Part shown: piece by piece, positions 35,994 through 45,459 of the stretch
How positions within the stretch are numbered: the stretch's first letter is position 1
Layout: each line of letters starts with the position of its first letter
Source of the DNA: Deltaproteobacteria bacterium
GTDB lineage: Bacteria > Desulfobacterota > Dissulfuribacteria > Dissulfuribacterales > QOAL01
DNA length: 64,000 nucleotides
Direction: 5' to 3'
Assembly: GCA_015494395.1 (NCBI GenBank)
Contig: WGBG01000167.1
Span: forward strand, 1 to 64,000
Made by a program: the position numbers and the translations under genes
The notes under the pieces: generated by a model
Databases searched by the model: none
Told to the model about the DNA's origin: nothing
Seen by the model: the letters and a program-made list of their open reading frames with translations, nothing else

Positions 35994-36032
35994 TAGGCAG
36001 GGTTTATTCAAAAACATAGCGGGGAGCAACTT

Positions 36033-39000
36033 ATGAAGGAGGAGAGGAAGTTGCTGCTTGTTAAAGCAGTATTTTGTATTGCATTGGTTGTTATTGCAGC
36101 CATTCTACCAATATCCAATAATGGTGCTTCACGTGCTGAAGACCATCAAACAATTACTGCAAAGGGTCTGACCGGGCCGTGCCTCGGTGATCTTGATTTA
36201 GACCAGGACGTTGACGGCAGGGACCTTCAGCTCTTTCAGGATTACATACTGAATTTCCAAGCCCTTGCTGATATAAACAGCAGCGGGGCGTATGACCAGG
36301 AAGACGTTCAAGAGTTTGCCTTGGAGTTTGGAAGAACCGATTGTCCCGTCCTTGTCTTTGGCATAACTCCTGTTGCTATTCCATCTTCAGGCGCTGTGCC
36401 CCTTGAGGTAAGGTTTTCAGCAAATGTAGCAGGTGGCACACCTCCATACACTTTTTCATGGGACATCGATGGAGACGGGACCGCGGACGAGTCCCGTGAG
36501 ACCTTTTCTTATCTTTTCCTTGAGCCCGGGACATACAATATCCACGTTACCGCTTCTGACAGCGCGGATGGTAATGCCTCCGGCGACCTCACTGTCATAG
36601 CAATGCTCCCTCCTGAGGTCAGGGCATGGGCCTCTCCGCTTCGTGGCGCCTCTCCCCCCATGAATGTCTCCTTCTCCTGTTCCGCATCGGATCCCGACGG
36701 CGAAATCTCACTCTATGAATGGGATTTTGATGGAGACGGTGTGTTTGACTGGAGCAGTCACGAGACCTGCGAAGTGTCCCGTTCCTACAATACAAAGGGC
36801 GCCTTTGATGCAACAGTGAGGGTGACTGATGACCAGGGCCTATGGGTTACGGACACGGTTCACCTGTTCGTTGGCTCAAGGCCTTCCGTTTTTGCCTCGG
36901 CTGCCCCTATGTCCGGTTCAGCCCCCCTCAGGGTTGTTTTTTCAGCCAGGGCATCAGATGAGGATGGCGCTGTTACGCTCTATGAATGGGATTTTGATGG
37001 AGACGGTGTGTTTGACTGGAGCAGTAACCAGTCTGCTGATACTACCTATACTTTTGAGCAGGGTGGGGTGTTCAATGTCACGCTCCGGGTCACTGATGAT
37101 GACGGTATCACCTCGGAGGATACTGTTATAATATCCATTGCAGGGCCCCCTGTTCCCCTTCCATCTGCCTATCCCATTTCCGGTTCTGCCCCGTTACCAG
37201 TGACCTTTTTTGCAGATGGGGAGGATTATGACGGCAGCCCGAATACATTCCAGTGGGATTTTAATGGAGATGGTGTATTTGACTGGAGCAGTACAGATAC
37301 CTCCATTGCCACTTATACCTATGACCAGCCCGGAACATATTCTCCGGTGTTAAGGGTTACGGATAACCAGGGGGTTTTTGCCGACAAGGCCCTGGAGATA
37401 ACCGTTAATGCCCCAGGCCCGGAATCAGTGCTTACAGCCGTTCCTTTTGTCAGTCCTCCAAATGGCGCTGTTCCCCTGAGTGTGCATCTTATTGGCGGAG
37501 TAAACGCCCCTGATGGCCCGGTGTGTGAATATCAGTGGGACTTTCAGGGTGATGGCGTCTATGACTGGAGTGAAAATGTAAAATCTGCCGCCTCGCCTGG
37601 GCAGCCGACAATCAGAACAAGGGCTGCGGCAAGCCCGGTTTTTGCCGATCTTGACGGCGATGGTGATTATGACATGGTCCTGGGCGGGGATGATGGCAAG
37701 CTGAATCTTTATGAAAACCAGGGAACCAGATATGTCCCTGCTTTCCGCACAGCAGGCCAGGTGCGTGACTCTGAAGGCGACATAATAGATGTAGGCTTTC
37801 ACAGCCGACCAGCCTTTGGGGATATTGACGGTGATGGAGACCTTGATCTTGTCATTGGCAGTGAGGAGGGAACATTTATCCTCTACGAAAACAGGGGAGA
37901 TTCTGCACACGCATCCTGGGTGCTCTCCGGTCAGTTGATGAACTGCGTGAACGAACCGGTGGTAACAGATTATTACAGCTTCTCTGAGCTTGCTGATATT
38001 GATGCGGACGGTGACCTGGACCTTGTTTCAGGGGATTACTTTGGACAGGTGATCATCTTCCAAAACAGGGGGGATGCACATTCACCAAGATGGGCGTCTG
38101 GGGAGCCGGCTGTTGATGTCTGGGGCGATGTTATTGATGCCGGCTACTACAGTGCCCCAAGGCTTGTGGATATTGATGGAGATGGTGACCTGGACCTGCT
38201 CCTTGGTTGTGACAGTGGCAACATACGGCTTTACCTCAACCAGGGTGATTCCCACACGCCGGTCTGGGAGGAACAGGGTGAGCTTTCAGACATCCATGGT
38301 CAAACCATTGATGTTGGATATTACAGCAGGCCATTTTTTGTTGATATAGATGCAGACCGTGATCTTGACCTTTTTGGAGGCACAGGAGATGGTGGCATTG
38401 TTTACTTTGCCAACACAGGCAGCATGAGCCATGCGGTGTGGAGGCTTCTTTCCCTTCACTACAATGCAATAGGCACGGATTACAACTCTGCACCTTTTGC
38501 TGTTGATTTTGACCATGATGGTGATCTGGACCTCGTTACAGGGGATGAGGACGGCACCGTCTATTACTTTACCAATGAGGGAAACTCCACCGCTCCCGTC
38601 TGGGCGCCCCAGGGACGGATCATTGATGTTCAAGGGGATACTTTAAGTGTTGGTGGCAGAAGCCGTCCGGTGCTTGCAGACATTGATGGTGATGGTGATT
38701 ATGACCTCTTCGTTGGGTCTTCGTCAGGTGAGATCTTTTGGTCCAGAAATCTAGCAACAGGAGATGATGCGGCATGGCATGAGCCGGAACTGATGCATGA
38801 CAGTGCAAACAGTACGATTAATCCCGGTGCAAACAGCAAGCCCTTCCTGGCAGATATTGACTCTGACAATGACCTGGACCTCATTATCGGGACCCAGCAG
38901 GGCGCTGTCCTGCTTTACAGGAATGACGGGTCAGCCGCAGAACCATCGTTTGTAAATGCAGGAAGTATCTTGGACATCGACGGTCACGAGATAAACGTGG

Positions 39001-40595
39001 GCTCAGGCAGCAGCCCTTCCCTTTATGATATTGATTTTGATGGTGACCTTGATCTTTTCATCGGTGCAGATTCCGGCAAAATATTCCTGTTCAGAAATTC
39101 TGGAAGCCCGGAGGCTTACCTTTTTCAGCAGGAAGGCCAGTTCAGGGATTCTGCAGGCCAGCCTGTTTCTGTCAGTGGCAATGCTGTGCCAGCTATGGCA
39201 GACATGGACGGGGATGGTGATGGTGACCTGGTCACAGGGGACAGTTTTGGAAATATCACCCTGTTTGAAACGACCGGTACCATAACCCATGTGTACCTTC
39301 AGCCAGGTACATATCATCCCACCCTCAAGGTCAGGGAGTGTGGTGGCCGCACGGATTCTGATTCCATAACCGTTGAGGCAGGTCCTGATGGCGCGCCTTC
39401 TGCCATGTGTTCAGCAGAGCCTGAAAGCGGAACAGGCCCGCTTGATGTCAGTTTTACAGCCACTGCAACTGATACAGATGGAAACGTAACCCTGTTTGAA
39501 TGGGATTTTGATGGTGATGGCATCTATGACTGGAGCAGCAGTGAAACCGGTGACGTCATCCATACCTACAACAGGGTAGGGGTGTTTGAACCTGTCCTTC
39601 GTGTAACTGATAATGAAGGAAATTCCATTAAACAGGCGTTGAGCATAAGGGTAGAGCCAAGTATCACTGCCTCTGCAAGTGGTGCGGTGAACATTGCCCA
39701 CGGAGTTGCCGGGACCATTACCAGCAATCTTGGGGCCGGAGCCGTAGTGACCCTCCGCATAGTTGACCAGGCAGGAAATACAGTACGTACCATACTCCAT
39801 GACGTAGAGAGGGAGGCAGGGCAGTTTACAGATTCCTGGGACGGGCTTGATGACCAGGGCGCCCCTGTGCGTGACGGTGTGTATTTCTTCATACTTGAAG
39901 TCAATATAGATGGAAAGACCTGGACGTATGATAGGAGAATGGGTGCACCTTATCCTCGGGTAGTACCGAACAGGTCGTTTCCGTCAAGCTTCGCCCAGTA
40001 CGATGATCAATTTTTCCCAATAAGTTACAGCCTGTCACGTCCATCAGCAGTAAGCCTTTACATCAGGACAAACGGCACCAATGGGAATGCATTTGACCGG
40101 GTAAAGACCCTGCTCTCATGGGAGTACAGGTCAGCAGGCAGTCACGTGGAGATCTGGGATGGTACGGATGACAGAGGGGTTGCCGTGCCAGGCACCCTCC
40201 CTACTGGTGTTACCCTATGGGCATGGGAGCTTCCTGAAAGTGCCCTGGTGGTTACAGGGTCATCCCCCGAGATTACAGACCTGGGCGCTGATCCAAATTA
40301 CTTTAGCCCAGCGTATAATCCCTACGCAAGTGATCCAAACGACCATACTGCTGTATCCTTCACCATATCTGAGCCGTGTGATGTCCATGTCCATGTGAAG
40401 GATTCAGAGGGGCTTGTCATAAGACAGTTCACCCTTTCTTCCCTCCCTGAAGGCAGGGCAAATGTTGTGTGGGATGGCAGGAATGACGCAGGAAGCCTTG
40501 TCCCTGCAGGGCAGTACACCATTGGGATCACGGCAATAGACAGGGATGGAAATCGTTCGCCTACAAGGTACGCATCCGTAGTTCTGTTTTATTGA
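36033..40595 (+). CDS. Giant secreted protein: N-terminal dockerin-like module, PKD domains, about 12 FG-GAP/VCBS repeats, C-terminal FlgD-Ig-like domains
   Basis: 1520 aa with a signal/anchor sequence. DLDLDQDVDGRDLQLFQDYI...DINSSGAYDQEDVQEFALEFG. PKD signature (Y/F)EWDFDGDG(V/I)(F/Y)DWSS three times, plus divergent variants (FSWDIDGDGTADES, FQWDFNGDGVFDWSS, YQWDFQGDGVYDWSE). Iterated (A/G)D(L/I)DGDGD(Y/L)D(L/M)(V/L). C-terminal WDGxDDxGxxVxxGxY motifs. Confidence 0.85.
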   Translation: MKEERKLLLVKAVFCIALVVIAAILPISNNGASRAEDHQTITAKGLTGPCLGDLDLDQDVDGRDLQLFQDYILNFQALADINSSGAYDQEDVQEFALEFGRTDCPVLVFGITPVAIPSSGAVPLEVRFSANVAGGTPPYTFSWDIDGDGTADESRETFSYLFLEPGTYNIHVTASDSADGNASGDLTVIAMLPPEVRAWASPLRGASPPMNVSFSCSASDPDGEISLYEWDFDGDGVFDWSSHETCEVSRSYNTKGAFDATVRVTDDQGLWVTDTVHLFVGSRPSVFASAAPMSGSAPLRVVFSARASDEDGAVTLYEWDFDGDGVFDWSSNQSADTTYTFEQGGVFNVTLRVTDDDGITSEDTVIISIAGPPVPLPSAYPISGSAPLPVTFFADGEDYDGSPNTFQWDFNGDGVFDWSSTDTSIATYTYDQPGTYSPVLRVTDNQGVFADKALEITVNAPGPESVLTAVPFVSPPNGAVPLSVHLIGGVNAPDGPVCEYQWDFQGDGVYDWSENVKSAASPGQPTIRTRAAASPVFADLDGDGDYDMVLGGDDGKLNLYENQGTRYVPAFRTAGQVRDSEGDIIDVGFHSRPAFGDIDGDGDLDLVIGSEEGTFILYENRGDSAHASWVLSGQLMNCVNEPVVTDYYSFSELADIDADGDLDLVSGDYFGQVIIFQNRGDAHSPRWASGEPAVDVWGDVIDAGYYSAPRLVDIDGDGDLDLLLGCDSGNIRLYLNQGDSHTPVWEEQGELSDIHGQTIDVGYYSRPFFVDIDADRDLDLFGGTGDGGIVYFANTGSMSHAVWRLLSLHYNAIGTDYNSAPFAVDFDHDGDLDLVTGDEDGTVYYFTNEGNSTAPVWAPQGRIIDVQGDTLSVGGRSRPVLADIDGDGDYDLFVGSSSGEIFWSRNLATGDDAAWHEPELMHDSANSTINPGANSKPFLADIDSDNDLDLIIGTQQGAVLLYRNDGSAAEPSFVNAGSILDIDGHEINVGSGSSPSLYDIDFDGDLDLFIGADSGKIFLFRNSGSPEAYLFQQEGQFRDSAGQPVSVSGNAVPAMADMDGDGDGDLVTGDSFGNITLFETTGTITHVYLQPGTYHPTLKVRECGGRTDSDSITVEAGPDGAPSAMCSAEPESGTGPLDVSFTATATDTDGNVTLFEWDFDGDGIYDWSSSETGDVIHTYNRVGVFEPVLRVTDNEGNSIKQALSIRVEPSITASASGAVNIAHGVAGTITSNLGAGAVVTLRIVDQAGNTVRTILHDVEREAGQFTDSWDGLDDQGAPVRDGVYFFILEVNIDGKTWTYDRRMGAPYPRVVPNRSFPSSFAQYDDQFFPISYSLSRPSAVSLYIRTNGTNGNAFDRVKTLLSWEYRSAGSHVEIWDGTDDRGVAVPGTLPTGVTLWAWELPESALVVTGSSPEITDLGADPNYFSPAYNPYASDPNDHTAVSFTISEPCDVHVHVKDSEGLVIRQFTLSSLPEGRANVVWDGRNDAGSLVPAGQYTIGITAIDRDGNRSPTRYASVVLFY

Positions 40596-40650
40596 TGAAG
40601 GTATAAGTTTGAGAAATCAGGCTGTTTTATTGAGTAGCAGGAGGCATTAA

Positions 40651-43600
40651 GTGTCACGTTTTCCTTACAGACAGCAAGTTTCATTGATTGTTCTTGTAAC
40701 TTTCTGTTTCAGTATATTTACCACCGGTTTTGTTTTGCCGCACAGTGCAAGTGCTTATGATGTTTCAGGTGATCATGGCTCCACGACACCTAAGGGAAAT
40801 GATCCAAATAATCCTAATCCTGCCAATAAACCTGGACAAACTGGTGCTGCAGAGCCAGTTAATATAGCTAATGGTAATTTTTATTACGAACACAGGGATA
40901 CGTATATTGCTGGACGCATGCCGCTTGAAGTTACCAGAAAATACAATTCTCAGGATATGCGTGAGGGGCCTTTTGGGTATGGCTGGACATTTAATTATGA
41001 CTTTTTCCTCATGCCTTATTCGCATCAGGAGAGTGGGACAATTGCCACGGCTGAGGGATGGAAACTCTTTGGGCTGCAGCCAGGAGTCCGGCTGGATTTT
41101 AAGATATCCCCGGATCTACAAACTGTTATTCCACCCAAGGGCTACCATATAAGTTTGCAACCGTCATCAGATGGAGCAACTGTCAGGAAGAAAGACGGAA
41201 AGACCTACAGGTTTGACAATTCGGGCAGGCTGACGACAATTTCAGACAGGAACGGTAACAAGCTCTTATTTACTTATGACAATGCCGGGCGTCTCATCAC
41301 TGTTTCTGATGAATACGGTAGGCGCCTTAATTTCGAATATGGTGTCAATAACAAGATAACATCCATAACGGATCCAGCGGGCCGTGTATTCCGCTACCAT
41401 TACGATTCTAATAATAATCTTGTTACATATACTAATCCAGCCGGCTATAGCACCAGGTATTCATATGACCACCAGCACAGGCTGATCAGTATTACTAATG
41501 CCAAGGGTGTAACTTATCTGTCAAATACTTACGATTCCAAGAATAGGGTAACAGAACAGGTCTATAATGGTAACTCTTTCATATTTGAATATCACCCGGA
41601 TCAGAAATATACAAAAATGAGAGACCGAAGGGGTTTTTGGACAACTTATTACTACAATGATAATGGTAATGTTGAAAAAAAGATCGATCCATTAGGCAAT
41701 ACCACTCTTACTTCATGGGATGAAAATATCAATCCTGTCAGTGCTACGGATGCTAAGGGAAACGTCACCCAAAATGAATACGACAAAAATGGGAACCTGG
41801 TTTCTGTGACAGATCCTCTTGGCAATATAACCAGATTTACCTACGACTTACAGTATAACCATATAAAGACCATTACTGATGCTTTAGGTAATGTTACTAC
41901 CTATGATTATGATGAAATGGGAAATCTTGTTAAGATTACCGACGCATCAGGTAATATTACCACTTTTACCTATAATGAGAAGGGGGATTTACTTACCATA
42001 ACGGATACTCTTGGCAATACCACCTCCTTTTTATACGATGAATATGGAAGGTTGGTTTCAAAGACAGACCCGCTTGGTTATTCTGCTGCCTTTGAATACG
42101 ATGCTGTTGGCAACATAACATACTTTACAGACCAGGCCGGTCACGTAACACTCTTCTCTTATGATGTATCAGGCCATCAAACATCAGTTACCAATGCATT
42201 GGGAAATATTACAAGCTATGCCTATGACGAAAATGGAAACAGGATAGCATTAACTGACGCAGCTGGTCATGTAACAGAATTTCATTATGATGACTACAAT
42301 CAACTGGTTAAGAGAACAGACGCGCTTGGTAATAATGCAACCTTCACATACGATGAAAATGAAAACAGGATATCTGAAACTGATCCCCTAGGTAATGTAA
42401 CTACCTACCAATACGATGCCTTAGACAGGATAGTCCAGGTAACCGATGCCAGGGGGGTATCCACTCACTTTGAATATGATGAAAATGGTAATCTGATTAG
42501 CATAACAGACGGGAATGGCAATCAAACATCTTACCAATATGATGCCCTTAACAGAAAGATAAAGATAACTTATGCAAACGGTTCGACTGAAATATTTCGT
42601 TATGATGCTGTAGGAAATATCACGGAGAAAATTAATAGAAGGGCAGACAAGATTCGGTATCAATATGATTCCGTGCATCATCTAATCAAAAAAACATATC
42701 CTGATTCTACTGAGGTCACATTTTCCTATGATGCCCTTGGCAGATTAACCTCATTATCACAGCCTGGATGGAATATTTCATATACTTACGATGCCACAGG
42801 ACATGTAATTGATGAAAACCAGAATGGAAATGTTGTTTCCTATGAGTACGATGCCGTTGGTAACAGGATAAAGCTCATTTATCCTGACAATTCCTGGTTG
42901 ACCTATGCCTATGATGAACTTAACAGGCCGAACCAAATCAAGAATCAGACCGACATCGTGGTTGTGAGTTATGCCTATGATAGTCTGGGGAGAAGGACAG
43001 GGGTCGATTATCCCAATGGAACAGGTACGACCTACAGTTATGACGCTCTTAACAGGGTTACCTCTGTCAACAACAGCATCGTAAGCCCTGCATCTCTCAT
43101 ATCACGTTATACATACGGCTATAATTCGGCAGGCAACAGGAAATATGTTGTTTATGGTCATCGTGATAATCATGGTGATGTCTATACTTATGATTCCATT
43201 TATCAGTTGACAAATGTCAAGTATGACGTTGCTGACCCTGGTGCCGAATCACAGAGCCCCGGTTCGTCGAGTTTTGAGAGGCAAGTAACCTACAATTTTG
43301 ATAATGTATGGAATCGGACTTTCGTTACCCATGCAGACAATTCTACTGTTACCTACAGCTCAAATTCAGTGAACCAGTACACTGCTATTGATGGTTCAGT
43401 TCTTTCTTATGATTCCAGCGGAAACCTAGTTAGCGATGGCATTAATACCTATAAGTACGATTCTGAAAACAAGCTTATTCATGTCATCACCCCTGATAAT
43501 GACATAACCTACAAGTATGATCCTCTTGGAAGACGTGTTGAAAAGGATATCTCTGGCCATGTAGTCAGGTTTATTTATGACGGTCCCAGAGTAATCATGG

Positions 43601-44445
43601 AAACTGATCAGTCCGGTGAAGTGCAAGCCAAATATGTCTATGGAGCCGGTATTGATGAGGTAATTTCCATGACACGTACTTATCATGATTACTATTATCA
43701 TTTTGACGGCCTGGGCAGTGTCTCAGATATCACTGATGCAAATGGGACCACGGTCGAGTCGTACCAGTATGATGTTTACGGCAGGGCAACTATTCTTGAT
43801 GCGTATGGTCATCAGATAGTCGAAAGTTCTGTTGGCAATCCATATATGTTTACTGGCAGGAGGTACGATGCTGAAAGTGGCCTTTATAATTATCGTGCCC
43901 GTTATTATGATTCTGGATTTGGAAGATTCTTGCAGACAGATCCGATTGGGTATGTCGGGGGGCTTAATCTTTATACCTATGTTAAGAATAATCCGGTTAA
44001 TTGGGTGGATCCGTATGGATTGTGGACGATCCAAATCGGTGTTAGCGGTAGTGGAGGTGCTGGTGCTGGAGGGACTGCTGGTGGTGGTATAGTTTTTGGT
44101 TTTAGTTGGGAAAACGGTTTTCAGTTTGGAACCTATGAAGTCATTGGAGGAGGGGGGTATGGTGGAGTTGCTGCCTCTGGAACAATTGATATAACATTTT
44201 CAACTAATACTGACATTAATGATTTATCGGGAGGGGCGGGTACTGTTGGAGGCTCCGGAGGAGAAGGACTTTCCTTTGGTGGTGAGGTTAATATTCCGGA
44301 AGGTGACGCTGCTCCGTCATGGACTATTAGCGGTGGAATAGGCGCAGGCACTCCTATTGAGGAGCACGGTTTTTATACTTACACCTGGATTCAAGAGTGG
44401 ACTAACAAAAATAAAACAAAATCATGCAGCAACACTTCGAAATGA
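40651..44445 (+). CDS. Rhs/YD-repeat polymorphic toxin with Sec-type signal peptide and glycine-rich C-terminal domain
   Basis: 1264 aa. GTG start 6 nt after AGGAGG. N-terminus LIVLVTFCFSIFTTGFVLPHSASA. Dozens of YD repeats (YxYDxxGNL). Core-end motif YRARYYDSGFGRFLQTDPIGYVGGLNLYTYVKNNPVNWVDPYGL. The 140 aa from 44023 are 30% Gly. Confidence 0.92.
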   Translation: MSRFPYRQQVSLIVLVTFCFSIFTTGFVLPHSASAYDVSGDHGSTTPKGNDPNNPNPANKPGQTGAAEPVNIANGNFYYEHRDTYIAGRMPLEVTRKYNSQDMREGPFGYGWTFNYDFFLMPYSHQESGTIATAEGWKLFGLQPGVRLDFKISPDLQTVIPPKGYHISLQPSSDGATVRKKDGKTYRFDNSGRLTTISDRNGNKLLFTYDNAGRLITVSDEYGRRLNFEYGVNNKITSITDPAGRVFRYHYDSNNNLVTYTNPAGYSTRYSYDHQHRLISITNAKGVTYLSNTYDSKNRVTEQVYNGNSFIFEYHPDQKYTKMRDRRGFWTTYYYNDNGNVEKKIDPLGNTTLTSWDENINPVSATDAKGNVTQNEYDKNGNLVSVTDPLGNITRFTYDLQYNHIKTITDALGNVTTYDYDEMGNLVKITDASGNITTFTYNEKGDLLTITDTLGNTTSFLYDEYGRLVSKTDPLGYSAAFEYDAVGNITYFTDQAGHVTLFSYDVSGHQTSVTNALGNITSYAYDENGNRIALTDAAGHVTEFHYDDYNQLVKRTDALGNNATFTYDENENRISETDPLGNVTTYQYDALDRIVQVTDARGVSTHFEYDENGNLISITDGNGNQTSYQYDALNRKIKITYANGSTEIFRYDAVGNITEKINRRADKIRYQYDSVHHLIKKTYPDSTEVTFSYDALGRLTSLSQPGWNISYTYDATGHVIDENQNGNVVSYEYDAVGNRIKLIYPDNSWLTYAYDELNRPNQIKNQTDIVVVSYAYDSLGRRTGVDYPNGTGTTYSYDALNRVTSVNNSIVSPASLISRYTYGYNSAGNRKYVVYGHRDNHGDVYTYDSIYQLTNVKYDVADPGAESQSPGSSSFERQVTYNFDNVWNRTFVTHADNSTVTYSSNSVNQYTAIDGSVLSYDSSGNLVSDGINTYKYDSENKLIHVITPDNDITYKYDPLGRRVEKDISGHVVRFIYDGPRVIMETDQSGEVQAKYVYGAGIDEVISMTRTYHDYYYHFDGLGSVSDITDANGTTVESYQYDVYGRATILDAYGHQIVESSVGNPYMFTGRRYDAESGLYNYRARYYDSGFGRFLQTDPIGYVGGLNLYTYVKNNPVNWVDPYGLWTIQIGVSGSGGAGAGGTAGGGIVFGFSWENGFQFGTYEVIGGGGYGGVAASGTIDITFSTNTDINDLSGGAGTVGGSGGEGLSFGGEVNIPEGDAAPSWTISGGIGAGTPIEEHGFYTYTWIQEWTNKNKTKSCSNTSK

Positions 44446-44774
44446 TAATTAGTGTAATTGTACTTATTGTATCTTTATTTGTTGTCCTGGTAGGTATAGT
44501 TACTTTTGTTTATAATCTTAAGCTATATTTTTATCTCAAGAAAACTAACATAGAAAGATGGGAGGAGTTAACAACGATTGATAAATTTGGTCCAGGATTA
44601 TCGAATCCTTCTCGTTGGATTCCTTATTTATATAATGATGTTGATGAAAATGATCGCCAGATTCTTTTTTATAAAAAGACAATTCGTTTTTTGCTTTTCT
44701 GTTTTTTGGCAGGATTGTTATTTATTTTTATAATTCCGATTATACTATTTATGGTTACGAAATTAATTTTATAA
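44442..44774 (+). CDS. Candidate Rhs immunity protein (small membrane protein)
   Basis: The ATG at 44442 forms an ATGA overlap with the Rhs stop (alternative ATG at 44424). Two strongly hydrophobic segments (IISVIVLIVSLFVVLVGIVTFVY; FLLFCFLAGLLFIFIIPIILFMV). Very AT-rich. Confidence 0.6.
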   Translation: MIISVIVLIVSLFVVLVGIVTFVYNLKLYFYLKKTNIERWEELTTIDKFGPGLSNPSRWIPYLYNDVDENDRQILFYKKTIRFLLFCFLAGLLFIFIIPIILFMVTKLIL

Positions 44775-44885
44775 TCATTAATAAGTTGTATCTGCTATTT
44801 TTAGTAATTTATGGCTGGCTGCTAAATTTAGATAAATTGTTAATGATATAGAATAGCACAGATTAAGTAATATTAGAAAAATAAT

Positions 44886-45290
44886 ATGAAAGCTATGAAA
44901 TATATATTTATGTCTTGTGTTTTTCTTATGTCTTTTTTTGTTCAAATTTCTTCTGGTGATCAGTCGATAGTAAATAATTCTGGTAATATTACAATTAATG
45001 TCCATAATGGCTATGTTACCATTGGATATTTTCCCCCAGTTACTGAAATAGAATTAATAGAACGTTTAGCGCTTGATGCTGATTTCGGCCAAACCATCGT
45101 AGGGATTCCCCAGCTTTACGACGACGGAACCCATGGTGATAAAGTAGCTGATGACGGCACGTACTCCATAGAGATCAATATTCCGAAAGGGGCTAAACAG
45201 ATAAAGTTGCTGTTTTATGTACTCGATACTGATGGTAACGAAGTAGAAATTGGACCCGTGGTTAGAGAAATACCTTCTACTACTGAATAG
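44886..45290 (+). CDS. Small secreted protein of unknown function
   Basis: 134 aa. Signal peptide MKYIFMSCVFLMSFFVQISSG. DDGTHGDKVADDGTYS motif. Lies in the AT-rich islet. Confidence 0.55.
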   Translation: MKAMKYIFMSCVFLMSFFVQISSGDQSIVNNSGNITINVHNGYVTIGYFPPVTEIELIERLALDADFGQTIVGIPQLYDDGTHGDKVADDGTYSIEINIPKGAKQIKLLFYVLDTDGNEVEIGPVVREIPSTTE

Positions 45291-45459
45291 AGTATATCTA
45301 TATCTGCAGTAATAATTATCAAGAATAGATAATGAATATAAGTAACATATACTGAGATTTACATAAGATTAAGATGTATATCTTATGCAAATATATAATA
45401 GTTCCGTAAATAGATAACTTGTGCTTTTCTTTTGATTTTAAGAAGTTAGGAGAGGAGAG

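Noticed and set aside
35361-36019. 60-63-aa ORFs inside the family-1 repeats (35361-35543, 35365-35550, 35837-36019; also 51295-51486 and 61688-61879) as possible small conserved proteins
   Set aside because: They appear on either strand only because the element is a long palindrome. Frames and lengths are not conserved between copies (copy C has a 45-bp deletion, copy D a diverged half), and no RBS is evident.
37425-39904. Several 100-160-aa minus-strand ORFs inside the 1520-aa gene (e.g. 37425-37910, 39411-39800)
   Set aside because: They are antisense shadows of the Asp/Gly-rich repeat gene. Their composition mirrors GAT/GGT-rich codons on the other strand, and they have no independent signals.
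40651-44445. Rhs protein as a T6SS effector
   Set aside because: There is no PAAR domain at the N-terminus and no VgrG, Hcp or Tss genes anywhere in the window. A Sec-type signal peptide is present instead.
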